Origin: Candidatus Marinacidobacterales bacterium
GTDB lineage: Bacteria > Acidobacteriota > Vicinamibacteria > Marinacidobacterales > DATDRI01
Direction of reading: 5' to 3'
Assembly (NCBI GenBank): GCA_965219415.1
Contig: OZ244742.1
Span: 1,888,001-1,952,000, forward strand
Length of the DNA: 64,000 bases
Under the pieces are notes generated by a model. That model did no database searches and was not told where the DNA came from. It worked only from the letters and a program-made list of their open reading frames with translations. A program made the position numbers and the translations under genes. Each line of letters begins with the position of its first letter. The stretch's first letter is position 1. Below, one piece after another: positions 31,782-42,034 of this stretch.

Positions 31782-33314
31782 ATGATCAAGAGATCCCTAG
31801 CGATTCTGCCCAGTGTCGTACTCGTGTTGACGGCCTGCGCCTCCGATGCGCCAGAGCCCACTGGCGTGGTTATCGTCAATGCACGGGTAATCGATGGTAG
31901 CGGTGGCCCCTCCCGGGACGTGAACGTGCGCGTCGTGGGGGACCGCATTGCCAACGTTGGGAATTTTGAGGCGTCGGCAGAGGACACCCTTGTCGATGCA
32001 GATGGTTTGGTGTTGGCTCCTGGATTCATTGACAACCACAGTCACCACGACAAAGGGTTGTTCGAGATGCCGGGGGCGCTGGCGGCGGTCAGTCAGGGAA
32101 TCACCACTGTCGTGGCCGGGCAGGATGGAGGTCAGAATTATCCTCTGGCGGAGTTCTTTGCCAGCCTAGAAACAACGCCCGTCGCCATCAATGTCGCTTC
32201 CTATGCCGGTCATGGGACATTACGACGCCGGGCAATGGGGGAGGACTTTCAGCGACATGCGACACCGGAAGAGTTGGCAGAGATGGTGAGTCTGTTGCGT
32301 GCCGAGATGGAGGCCGGCGCATTGGGGCTTTCGACCGGGCTGGAGTACGATCCCGGGTCCTTTTCGGCAACCGAAGAGTTGGTGGAACTCGCCAGAGAGG
32401 CGGCTCTCCATGGAGGGCGCTATATCAGCCATATCCGGAGCGAGGATCAGTATTACTGGGAAGCCATCGATGAAATCATCAACGTCGGTCGTGAAGCCGA
32501 GATACCGGTTCAGGTGAGCCACATAAAACTCGCCATGACCCGTTGGTGGGGGCAGGCCGACCGACTGACAACCAAACTGGATGAAGCCCGGGCATCGGGC
32601 GTCGACATCACCGCAGACATCTACCCTTATCGGGCCTGGAATTCAGGATTCAGCTGGCTGACGACAGTGTTCCCGGATCGCGATCTGGAGCGACGGGATG
32701 GGGCGGAATACATCCTCAGCGATATGCTATCGCCGGAGGGCATCCTGCTCGCCACTTACCGACCGGAGCCCGCCTACGACGGCATGACCATCGCCGAGAT
32801 TGCCGTTATCCGTGGATCCGACCCGGAGACAACGCTGATGGAGTTGTTGAAGGCGGAGATGGCCATGGGTGACAAGGAGTCTGGATCCCAGATGTTAGGT
32901 TTTGCCATGGACGAACCCGATATCGAGTCCATCATGGCCTGGCCACATACCGTAATCGGCAGTGACGGCGAACTCGCCGGTGTTCACCCACGTGGCTTTG
33001 GCGCCTTTACTCGGTTTCTCGGACATTACATCCGTGCGCGCAATGTGATCAGTCTCGAAGAGGGCATTCGGAGAATGACCTCACTCTCCGCCCAACACGT
33101 CGGGATCGCTGAGCGTGGCTCGATCCAGGTGGGTCACTACGCGGATCTGGTCCTGTTCGACCCCGAGAGGGTCAGCGACCGCGCGTCTCCCGAGGCCCCT
33201 CATGTGCCTTCCTTGGGTATCGAAAAGGTCTGGGTCAATGGGCAATTGGTGATTGAGGGCGGCCAGATCACCGGCAACCGACCCGGCAAACCGATTCGGC
33301 GGGCCAGCCCCTGA
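31782..33314 (+). CDS. D-aminoacylase family amidohydrolase lipoprotein
   Basis: Lipobox LTAC, APGFIDNHSH, QGITT, SHIRSE, GSDG, HPRGFG.F.R. Confidence 0.88.
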   Translation: MIKRSLAILPSVVLVLTACASDAPEPTGVVIVNARVIDGSGGPSRDVNVRVVGDRIANVGNFEASAEDTLVDADGLVLAPGFIDNHSHHDKGLFEMPGALAAVSQGITTVVAGQDGGQNYPLAEFFASLETTPVAINVASYAGHGTLRRRAMGEDFQRHATPEELAEMVSLLRAEMEAGALGLSTGLEYDPGSFSATEELVELAREAALHGGRYISHIRSEDQYYWEAIDEIINVGREAEIPVQVSHIKLAMTRWWGQADRLTTKLDEARASGVDITADIYPYRAWNSGFSWLTTVFPDRDLERRDGAEYILSDMLSPEGILLATYRPEPAYDGMTIAEIAVIRGSDPETTLMELLKAEMAMGDKESGSQMLGFAMDEPDIESIMAWPHTVIGSDGELAGVHPRGFGAFTRFLGHYIRARNVISLEEGIRRMTSLSAQHVGIAERGSIQVGHYADLVLFDPERVSDRASPEAPHVPSLGIEKVWVNGQLVIEGGQITGNRPGKPIRRASP

Positions 33315-33355
33315 GTCTGACCGACGCCAAAAAAGGCTTCCGCGAAAGAAACACC

Positions 33356-34278
33356 ATGGAAAAATCCTGGCAGCAACAGCTCGATGCGGACCAGATCGTC
33401 CTGACGACGGGGCCACTGGCACTGAACTTCAACGACGCGGCGTACCGATGGACAAAGTTGCGTGGAGTGGGGCTGCCGTGCTCACTCATCCAGATGTCGT
33501 ACGTGAAACGCACGAGGACTATATCCGCGCTGGGGCGAAGGTTATCATTACAAACACGTTTGGATCGACGCGGCAAATGCTAGAGCCAGCCGGCTATGGA
33601 GACCAGGTCGAGGCGGTCAATCGGGGCGCTGTCAAACTTGCCAGGCAAGCTCGCGATAACGTGGCCCAACAAGCTGTGGCGGTGGCAGGTTCGATTTCAT
33701 CAGAGCCGCCCGGCTTTGATCGAGACGCGTTTTTTTCACCCGAAAAGGAATTAGAGGCCTACCGAGAAGCGGCAGGCCTTCTGGCGGATGCGGGCGTTGA
33801 TTTGATAGCGCTGGAGATGATGGTTGAAACGACTCATGCGTCCCGCGCGTTGCAAGCGGCATTAGAGACAAAACTCCCCGTGTGGTTGGGTGTTGGCTGT
33901 AAGAAAACAGAGGACGGCAAGATCGTGAGCTTTGACCACACCGGCCTGGAGTTGGCCACGGTGCTGGACGCTCTCATCCCAAAGGGACCGACCGTGGTTA
34001 ACATCATGCACAGTGAAATCGGGGCCATTCCTCAGGCCATTGAATTGGTTCGGCAACGGTGGTCGGGACCTATCGGCGTGTACCCCGAAACAGGATACTT
34101 TACCAAACCGAATTGGAACTTTGTAGACGTCATACCGCCAGCTGATTTGGTAACCGAAGCGCTCGGCTGGGTTGCGGCGGGCGTACGTTTGCTCGGCGGA
34201 TGCTGCGGCACAAGCCCCGACCACATCAAGGCTCTCCAGGCGGCGATGCCGGAGCTAGAAGCTGCTCGAAGCGCTTAG
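33356..34278 (+). pseudogene. Homocysteine S-methyltransferase family protein (frameshift near 33405)
   Basis: MEKSW..QIVL then DGATGTEL in another frame; HEDYIRAGA, TNTF, GGCCGT. Confidence 0.8.
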
Positions 34279-34353
34279 CCCGTGGCGATATCGGAACACG
34301 AGAATTCCGGCGACAAGAACAATTAGGGGCAAAACCTGGCCGACACTGGCAGC

Positions 34354-35685
34354 GTGAAAAGCGAAGGGCTGGTGCGTGTCATCGGTACCTGGGCACTGGG
34401 ATTGAGTGTTGTCAACTTGGTCGTGGGTGCCGGCATTTTTGCGTTGCCGGGGCGAGTCGCGGCGGAACTGGGTTCGGCGGCCATAGTTGCCTACCTGGTC
34501 TGCTCGGTGGTGCTTTCCCTGGTCTTCCTTTGCTTCGCCGAAGTCGGCAGCCGCGTAAGTCGCAGCGGCGGCGCTTATGCCTACATCGAAGAGGCCTTTG
34601 GTCCGTTCGTGGGATTTGTCGCCTCGATCCTGTTTTGGTTCGGCTACATCGCAATGGCGGACGCTGGTCTCACGGTCATCATGGTTGAATCGATAGCCAC
34701 AGTGGTTCCCATTCTAGGTGAGTCCATCCCTCGTGCAATCTTCATCATCGCCCTGCTGGCGTTCCTCACAGCAGTGAACGTCATTGGCGTTAAGGCCGGT
34801 GTCAGGCTATATGTCTTCAATACGTGGGCCAAGCTAGTGCCGCTGCTGCTGTTGCTGGTCGCCGGGCTGCTCTTAATCAATGTTGACAATCTCGCTGTTC
34901 CCGAGTAGCCCTCGGCCAAAGCCATCGGCGCAACTACGATCCTCCTGTTTTTTGCTTTCACCGGAGCCGAGTGCGCGTTGAACGCCAGCGGCGAAATCAA
35001 AAACTCTGCGAAAACCGTTCCAATGGGACTTATGTTTGGCATCGGCGCGCTGCTGGTACTCTACATCGGACTGCAAACGGTTTCGCAAGGCGTGCTCGGG
35101 CCGGAACTCGCCAACAACACCGAGGCGCCGCTCGTCGCTGTCGCAACCGAAGTGTTCGGCGACTGGGGTGGCAAGATGCTGCTGGTGGGCATGGTTATTT
35201 CAATCTATGGCGCGTTGAGCGGCGACATGCTGGGCGGACCAAGGATTGTTTTTGCCTCGTCGTTGGACAATAACCTGCCGAAATTTCTGTCCAAGGTGCA
35301 TCCGCAGTACAAGACACCTTACGTCGCCATCATTTTCTTCGCAGTGATCGTGTGCGCGTTTGCGCTAACCGGCACGTTCAAGTACCTGGTTGTGTTCGCA
35401 ACCGGCTCGCTGCTGCTTATTGATCTCGGTGTCAGCCTCGCCGTGCTGCGCTTGCGTCAGCGCGACGGCCTGCCCAAAGTCGGCGAGTTCAGGCTTCCGT
35501 TCGGCCCGCTTATTCCACTGTTGAGCTGCGGTATCGTCGGTTGGCTGCTCTTGCAGATGCCGCTCGAGGAAGCCATCAGTGTCGCGGCGCTCGTTAGCGC
35601 CTCTGTCACGGTTTACGTGATCCGCGCCTTGTTACGTCGCTCGTCGGGCAAATCTAAGCCGGCGGTAGCACCGCTGGAACCGTAG
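34354..35685 (+). pseudogene. APC amino-acid permease with in-frame TAG at 34906-34908
   Basis: VGAGIF, GGAYAY, AKL.PL; the reading frame continues after the stop with FAFTGAE and HP.YKTP. Confidence 0.85.
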
Positions 35686-35844
35686 CAGCGATTCGAGTCA
35701 GAACTCATGCTCTTCTGCTTCCTGAGAATCGAGTGCCCTTCGATTGGAGTCGGAGGCCCACCGGGTATGCCCCACCCCCCTTGATGCCCCAGTGTTACCC
35801 GAACCCCGCCGCCCGAGGCCCGCTCCCCCGTAACCCATTGCCCT

Positions 35845-36014
35845 TGGAGCCGGCGAGAGGATTTGAACCTCCGACCTGCTGATTACGAATTTGCGCCCCT
35901 ACGAACCAGGAAGACCCACCGTAACCTAAGAGCACCCGAACAAAGGAAGAAGGCGGGCGGATAGTTGCTCGTGGGTTACCGTAATTCACCCTGGTTTGGA
36001 ACCAACTTGGAGCC
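35845..36014 (-). repeat. att site: tRNA-Thr 3'-half copy (35845-35890) plus arm
   Basis: 46 bp identical to 50555-50600, followed by about 125 bp nearly identical to 38153-38275. Confidence 0.9.
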
Positions 36015-36389
36015 ACTCACGCAGTCCAGGCGAAGGGTCGGATCGTGATGCACTTCACTCACAAAGCTGACTGGCGTCGGACCCGCTCACGGCTAATCTC
36101 GGGCACCTCCCTCAGAGCGGCCAACTCTTCACCCGTAGCCAGCCGGCCCGCCCCGATCCAAACCATTCCATGCGCTGCCGGAGGCCGCTACAGGATCGCT
36201 GAGGGCCTCCTGCTCTTTGACTTTACAGCCTGTGCAGGGCTATTTTCACGCTCAAAGGGACCCAGCCGCGTCCTTCTTTTAGACCGGTCGGTTTCGCGAG
36301 CGGCCAGGGTATCGGGCGCGGGTGACGGTAGCCTTTGTCTGTGCTCATCGCTCTCCTGGGTTTGTACTGGTCCGTAGAGAGAGCTTTGT

Positions 36390-37715
36390 ATGCCTAGGGC
36401 TTTGGACATCACGAGAATCGCCACGGTCTTTTTAGCGTTGGCTCTCGTGGCCGGCGAAGCATGGGCCCAGGCCGGCCCCACCACTTTTCAATTCAGCTTC
36501 TCCAACCCCGGCGCGCGCAGTCTGGGTCTGGGTGGTGCCTTCGTCCCGCTCGCGGACGACGCCACCGCGGCCTTCGCCAATCCCGCTGGTTTGCAGCAGC
36601 TGGTTCGAGCGGAGATTTCCGTCAAGGGAAGACTCTGGGGCTACACCACACCTTTTACCGTAGGAGGGAGACTATCTGGTCTTCCATCCGGCATCGGTCT
36701 CGATCAGACGGCGGGCTTGCGCGTCTCCGAATCTTCGGACACGCTTTCGGACCTGTCCTACCTCTCGTTCGTTTATCCCTCCGAGAAGTGGTCGCTTGCC
36801 GTCTACCGCCACCAGTGGGCGAGCTTCGAAGACTCCTCGAACACCCAGGGTTTCTTCGGCGACTCTCCCGACATCAGTACTCGCCCGCGCCGCCGCTGTG
36901 GCCCCGACACCTACAGGGTCCGCGACTTCACCGCTTTCAATGAGCTCGAGATAGTGAACTACGGTGTGTCCGGTGCCTATCAAATGTCGGAGAAACTGAG
37001 CATTGGAGGTGGCCTCTCCTTGTACGACGGAACGTTCGACAACGGAGGCGAGTTCTTTGCCCTCGTCGACGCGAACCTCCCCCAAGGCTGCTTCGGCCCG
37101 AGTATCTCCGCGCCCGAGGCGCGGATCCTCACGGCCAGCACCACCATCGACGACACGGCCTGGGGGTTCAATGCCGGAGCGCTCTTCGAGCTTTCGAGCC
37201 ATTGGAAGCTTGGCGGCGTCTACCGTCGGGGCCCCAATTTCCAGTTCACCGAGGAGCGAAGCGGCCCGATACTGGATCTACCCGAAGGCACGATCCTTGT
37301 CAGCGAGACGGGCAAGATCCGCATGCCGGACGTATTCGCCATCGGAATCGCCTTCAAGTCGGAGAACGGAGCCGTGACCGTCGGCTTCGAGTGGGATCGG
37401 GTCATCTACTTCAACGTCCCCGATAATCTGGAGCTAAACGACGGCAACGAGCTTCATTTGGGAGGTGAGTACGCTTTCATCGAGTGGGCGCCCGCCGTGG
37501 CTCTACGATTCGGGCTCTGGCTCGACCCGGACCACCGCATCCTAGCCCTCGAGGGCGAGGCGCTCGACAAAGCCATTTTCCGCGGCGGGGAGGACGAGCT
37601 TCACGTCGCCTTTGGTTTCGGTTTGGCCTTCCAAAGTTTTCAGGTCGACTTGGGGGTCGATCTCTCGAAGCTCGTCGACACGGCTTCCGTCTCCGCCATC
37701 ATCTTCAGTTTCTAG
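36390..37715 (+). CDS. OmpP1/FadL-like outer-membrane beta-barrel
   Basis: Signal peptide, FSFSNPGARSLGLGGAF..LADDATAAFANPAGL, C-terminal Phe. Confidence 0.75.
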   Translation: MPRALDITRIATVFLALALVAGEAWAQAGPTTFQFSFSNPGARSLGLGGAFVPLADDATAAFANPAGLQQLVRAEISVKGRLWGYTTPFTVGGRLSGLPSGIGLDQTAGLRVSESSDTLSDLSYLSFVYPSEKWSLAVYRHQWASFEDSSNTQGFFGDSPDISTRPRRRCGPDTYRVRDFTAFNELEIVNYGVSGAYQMSEKLSIGGGLSLYDGTFDNGGEFFALVDANLPQGCFGPSISAPEARILTASTTIDDTAWGFNAGALFELSSHWKLGGVYRRGPNFQFTEERSGPILDLPEGTILVSETGKIRMPDVFAIGIAFKSENGAVTVGFEWDRVIYFNVPDNLELNDGNELHLGGEYAFIEWAPAVALRFGLWLDPDHRILALEGEALDKAIFRGGEDELHVAFGFGLAFQSFQVDLGVDLSKLVDTASVSAIIFSF

Positions 37716-37889
37716 CTTTGTTCCCTCGCGAGCATGCAGCGTCCCGTGAGCGGACACCGCCGCGAAGGGTTTCTCTGCTGCCCCTATCTCGCCACGGACT
37801 ATCTCAAGGCACAACGCTTGCGCCTCCAACTGCAGGGCGGATCTGGACGAGATCCTCACCGATGCCAATGTTCTCGTCTGCCCCACCGA

Positions 37890-38057
37890 CCCTACGCTTG
37901 CATCTCCGACATAGCTTCGCGTCCCTCCGCCTAGCCGAGGGCGCTCCGCTGACCTACGTCAGCCAGCAGCTCGGGCATAGCTCACCAGACACGACGCTTC
38001 GCCATTACGCTCGGTGGATACCCGACACGAAGCACTTTGGAACCAAATCTGGAACCA
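37890..38057 (+). pseudogene. Tyrosine integrase C-terminal remnant with arm repeats
   Basis: HLRHSFAS...YVSQQLGHSS..TTLRHYARW, followed by TGGAACCA twice (38038, 38050). Confidence 0.8.
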
Positions 38058-38106
38058 GGGGCCCTTCCAACGAAGAACGATCCGCGCAAGTAAGTTGAAT
38101 CCTAAA

Positions 38107-38275
38107 TGGAGCCGGCGGGCGGATTTGAACCGCCGACCTGCTGATTACGAATTTGCGCCCCTCAGAACCAGGAAGACCCACCGTAACCTAAGAGCACCTA
38201 AACAAAGGGAGAAGCCGGGCGGATAGGTGCTGTGGGTTACCGTAGTTCACCCTGGTTTGGAACCAAGTTGGAACC
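38107..38275 (-). repeat. att site: variant tRNA-Thr 3'-half copy (38107-38152) plus arm
   Basis: 43 of 46 positions match the tRNA 3' half and the three differences lie in the T-stem; arm shared with the 35845 copy. Confidence 0.9.
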
Positions 38276-38346
38276 AAGCCCTGCCTACGAGCAACCCTCG
38301 TGGGAGCCATTCGGACAAGAGCATAAATGCCCACAACTCCCAATCC

Positions 38347-38387
38347 GTCTAGTGGACTAGACAGATCGGGCGTTCCTAGCGTATAAT
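38347..38387 (+). promoter_or_regulatory. hicAB promoter/operator
   Basis: TAGACA-18 bp-TATAAT; palindrome GTCTAGT-GG-ACTAGAC; GTG start 6 nt after the -10 box, so probably leaderless. Confidence 0.65.
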
Positions 38388-38393
38388 ACTAGG

Positions 38394-38597
38394 GTGACGG
38401 GGAACGACCTGTTGCGAAGGCTTCGCAAGCTCGGCTGTGAGGTCGTTCGCCAGCGAGGCTCTCATGTCAGGGTTAGATGCGCGAAGTGCTCGACGACAGT
38501 GCCGATTCACAAAGGCGAAGATCTGGGACCCGGACTCCTGCGAAGTATCGAGCGCGACTTGGAGCCGTGCCTCGGAAAGAAATGGTTGAAACAATGA
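38394..38597 (+). CDS. hicA: HicA toxin
   Basis: RQRGSH, TVPIH.G.DL.PG.L.SI. Confidence 0.9.
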   Translation: MTGNDLLRRLRKLGCEVVRQRGSHVRVRCAKCSTTVPIHKGEDLGPGLLRSIERDLEPCLGKKWLKQ

Positions 38598-38980
38598 AAG
38601 GTTATACGGTCCGGTACGAACGAGACGAAGGGGGTTGGTGGGTAGCCACCGTTCCCCGCATCCGTAGCTGCCATACGCAGGGGAGAACCCTCGATGAGGC
38701 ACGACGCCGGATTCGAGAGGCTTTGGCGCTCTTCATCGACAACGCTGAGAGGGTTGAACTTCGGGATGAGATAGAGCTTCCGAACGACGTCCAGAAGACG
38801 CTACGGAAGGTGGCCGAATACCGGCACGACGTAGAAAAGCTTCAAAAGCAAAGCGCCGGGGTACTCGAGAAAGCAATTAAACAGCTCACCGAACGCCTAA
38901 AATTGAGCACACGCGATCAGGCTGACTTGCTAGGACTCTCCCATCAACGAATTCACCAGATCAAACAAAAAGCGGGATAA
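38594..38980 (+). CDS. hicB: HicB antitoxin with C-terminal HTH
   Basis: WVA.VP.I..CHTQG.TLDEA...IREAL, LS.RD.A.LLGLSHQRI.Q; ATGA overlap with hicA. Confidence 0.9.
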   Translation: MKGYTVRYERDEGGWWVATVPRIRSCHTQGRTLDEARRRIREALALFIDNAERVELRDEIELPNDVQKTLRKVAEYRHDVEKLQKQSAGVLEKAIKQLTERLKLSTRDQADLLGLSHQRIHQIKQKAG

Positions 38981-39015
38981 GCACTACCGTCGCTTTTCAT
39001 GGATTGCCAGACGTC

Positions 39016-39060
39016 TGGAGCCGGCGAGAGGATTTGAACCTCCGACCTGCTGATTACGAA
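39016..39060 (-). repeat. att core: tRNA-Thr 3'-half copy
   Basis: 45 bp identical to 50555-50599; arm repeats GTTCGTCACCG twice at 39175-39196. Confidence 0.9.
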
Positions 39061-40797
39061 GCTGCATCCGCTGAGACGTAGCAGGGCCGTTCGGTACAAA
39101 GGGTCACAAAAAAAGGGGATTTCTGAAGGGCGACGCCTTGGCTAACGCCGTTGCCTTCCTCTCCGTTACTCCGAGTTCGTCACCGGTTCGTCACCGGAAC
39201 TTTCGCAAACCGGCTTCCGGGACGCTCAACTCCGGAAACGGAGGGGAAATGGGGGACGGTCAATCGCTAGAATCGCGACCAAAAGCCATCCACCGCTTTC
39301 TTAATCTCAGTGTAATGGCCCGCGAAGCCGATCGTACAGGTAGTCGCTCACTGCAGTACGCCGTTTCTCGAACCCGGGAACCATTTTCGCGGCTCTATCG
39401 TCGAGGACCCCGAGGCCATACAACCGGCAAACGGCGGCGAACCAACGATTGGCACCAGCAATGGCCGGTTTTGTCAACAAGGCTGCCAGCGTATCGTAGC
39501 GGGTGTTGGCGATTGCGGCGATGCCACCAGCGTAGAGCAAGATCATTGCTGGATACCTCTGAAGCTCTATCCAGAGAGTGTATCCGCCGCCCTCCCTGGA
39601 ATAGTTTGCCAGCCGTTCTATCGTTTCCACCCAGAGATACTGGTGGTGCGTATCTCCCCAATAGCAACCTGTCACCTGTAACGCCAGCAGAACCTCGAGG
39701 CTCCCGTCATAGAACTTCAACCTTCGCTGAACACCGTCAGCATTTACCGGAGACGTATAATCGAACTGCTCCATCGCAAGTCGCTGATGAACATGCTCGC
39801 GGGCCTCGAGAACCAAATCATGGAGACGGATCTTGTCTGTCGACGTTGGTAGATACCGCTTGAGTGTCGTGACCGTCGTTTGGATCGAAAGAGGATGGGG
39901 GCGCTCGAACTCTTCCAGACTCTTGATCTTCTCCGCGAGTTCTTCGAATAAGGAGTCCGCAGACGATATGTGTACTAGAACGGCCCTGCGTGATTCGGCG
40001 ACTGTTCGAGCAAGTCCGCTTAGGTCACTTCGATGAGTCCAGTAGGTTGTAAACCTATGGGTCTTGCAGCGTTCCAAACTAGCTCGAAGCGCGTCGTCCC
40101 ACTCTGCGGATCAGCCACAGATCAAGAGTCCGTACTCATCAAGGATACGATCCAACAGACGATTGAACTGAGGGGGATATTTGGACAACTCCGTAGAAGT
40201 GTTTCTGATTCGTGTATCAATGTAGTCACCATGAAGTTTGAGAATCGTACACACGTTGTGAGAAATCGGCAGCGCACCCTTTGCGGCGTCGGGCGTCGCG
40301 ATCACGGTCGGCACAACACTTGTATCCTGGACCGCCTGCTCCAAGAGGCGATCGAAGTTGATGGTTACGATGACTTTGATGTGTTCACTGGATACTAGGT
40401 TTGCGATCGCTCGGTGGGCAGCGGTCGGAATTTTCTTCCCCTGTTCCCGGTCCTCGTCAGTGGGCTCGATATATCCGCTGAGGATCGCTCGGCGCTCGGC
40501 TCGTGTCGGGGCCAATACGGAGAGCAGCTTTGAATAATTTGGTTCTTCACCGAAGCTCTTGGCGTACCACTTCGCTGGGTCGGGGTCGCAGTCTTCCCTC
40601 TGTAGAGCTGCCACTCGTCGGATCAAATCTAAGACTATTTCCCAGCCGGTCGGTATTTCGGCTGAGCGAATCGAAAGTGTGCCAATCTTAGTTGGGAATT
40701 GAAACGGCTCCAAACCCCGTGGTTTGATGGCGTTGGACAAAACAAAATCAAGCCGCTGAAGTGACCCCGCTTTCGTGGACAGGTTAAGAGTTAGGGA

Positions 40798-41649
40798 TCA
40801 AGCGTCGCGATAGTACCTCCTTTCGAATTGGATAGGCGAGCAATAGTCGATGGCGGAGTGTCGTCGTCGCGGGTTGTACCAGCCTTCGATGAAATCGAAG
40901 GTCGCCATGCGCGCCTCAGCGTGGTAGCGAAACGACCGGCGCTCGATCAGCTCGCACTCGAGCGTCGCGAAGAAGCTCTCGCACATCGCATTGTCGTAAC
41001 AGTCCCCGACCGAACCCATCGACGGTCGCACCCCGGCCTCCCGGCATCGCTGGCCGAACGCTAGTGACGTGTACTGCGTGCCCTGGTCCGAGTGATGGAT
41101 GACGTCGCCGGGCTTGCGTTGGAACAGCGCCATGTCGAGGGCGCTCAAGACGAGCGACGTCCGCAGGTGGGTAGCCATTGCCCATCCGACGATGCGTCGG
41201 CTGAAGGCGTCCAGCACGACGGCGAGGAACAAGAAGCCCGACCACGTGGGCACGTAGGTGATATCGGCGACCCACAGGCGGTCGGGCCGGTCCACCTCGA
41301 AATTCCTGTCGACGAGATCGGGGGCGGGACGGGCGTCGTCACAGCGAATCGTAGTGTGCGCCCTCTTGCGCCGGTGAACACCTTGAATGCCAGCCTCGCG
41401 CATTAGCCGCGCTACACGCTTGCGTGAGACGTGGAGCTCGTGTGTCTCTCGTAGCTCGTGGAGGATCCTCGGCGCGCCGTACGTGCTCCGCGACGCGGTG
41501 TGAATCGCCCGGATCTTCTCAAGCAACTCCGCATCCGACACCGCGCGGGCCGACGGGGCACGCTCAAGCCACGCATAGTAGCCGCTGGCGGAGACGTCCA
41601 GCAGTCGGCACATCGTGGCAACCGGTAGTGAATCCTGGTTCGCCCTCAC
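40798..41649 (-). CDS. IS3 transposase OrfB (DDE)
   Basis: YGAPRI, WVADITY, HHSDQG.QY, DNAMCESFF.TLE.E. Confidence 0.95.
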   Translation of the reverse strand: MRANQDSLPVATMCRLLDVSASGYYAWLERAPSARAVSDAELLEKIRAIHTASRSTYGAPRILHELRETHELHVSRKRVARLMREAGIQGVHRRKRAHTTIRCDDARPAPDLVDRNFEVDRPDRLWVADITYVPTWSGFLFLAVVLDAFSRRIVGWAMATHLRTSLVLSALDMALFQRKPGDVIHHSDQGTQYTSLAFGQRCREAGVRPSMGSVGDCYDNAMCESFFATLECELIERRSFRYHAEARMATFDFIEGWYNPRRRHSAIDYCSPIQFERRYYRDA

Positions 41650-41960
41650 GAATCGGAAGGCTTCGGTGGTACCGACTCGGTCTCCCGAGCGAACCAGGCC
41701 GCGGCTTTTGAGAGGATCTCCCGCTCCAACCGTAGTTGACGGTTCTCCCGTCGCAGGCGGCGGAGCTCCGCACGCTCCTCACTCGTCAGACCGTCCTGCC
41801 TGCGACCCTCGTCGAGATCCGCCTGGTTCACCCAGTTCCGGATCGTCTGGCCCGAGGGCTCAAACTCTCGCGCCAGCTCTTCGGAGCCGCGGCCAGCTCG
41901 CACCAGCTCTACCATTTGGCGCCGGAACTCGGCCGCGTATCTGTTTCCCTGCTTTGACAT
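41646..41960 (-). CDS. IS3 transposase OrfA
   Basis: Y..EFR...V.L, HTH, LRRENRQLR.ER.ILSKAAAWFA. Confidence 0.93.
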   Translation of the reverse strand: MSKQGNRYAAEFRRQMVELVRAGRGSEELAREFEPSGQTIRNWVNQADLDEGRRQDGLTSEERAELRRLRRENRQLRLEREILSKAAAWFARETESVPPKPSDS

Positions 41961-42034
41961 CGTGGACTCCTGTCTCCCAAAGGATTAGGTGTCCACGAAA
42001 GCGGGTCAAGTCCACCGCGAAGAAAGGAGCCGAG

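Larger units (their letters stand above)
40757..42014 (-). mobile_element. IS3 family element
   Basis: 25-bp IRs TGAAGTGACCCCGCTTTCGTGGACA and TGGACTTGACCCGCTTTCGTGGACA; 4-bp target duplication CCGC. Confidence 0.93.

Noticed and set aside
35845-39060. Additional tRNA genes or a CRISPR-like array
   Set aside because: The copies contain only the 3' half (no D-arm or 5' acceptor strand) and are spaced 0.9-2.3 kb apart. They are att cores, and no cas genes are present.
34906-40113. Stop-codon recoding (in-frame TAG in the permease, TGA in SIR2)
   Set aside because: Both fit single TGG-to-stop mutations in decaying genes, and core genes in this window end normally at TAG and TGA.
40666-40740. 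MSNAIK... start of the SIR2 ORF
   Set aside because: This is read-through from the IS256 end. The real N-terminus is at 43371-43469.
41615-42034. 140-aa N-terminal extension of the IS256 transposase in the ORF track
   Set aside because: It is the antisense of IS3 OrfA. The RBS-supported start is 42035.
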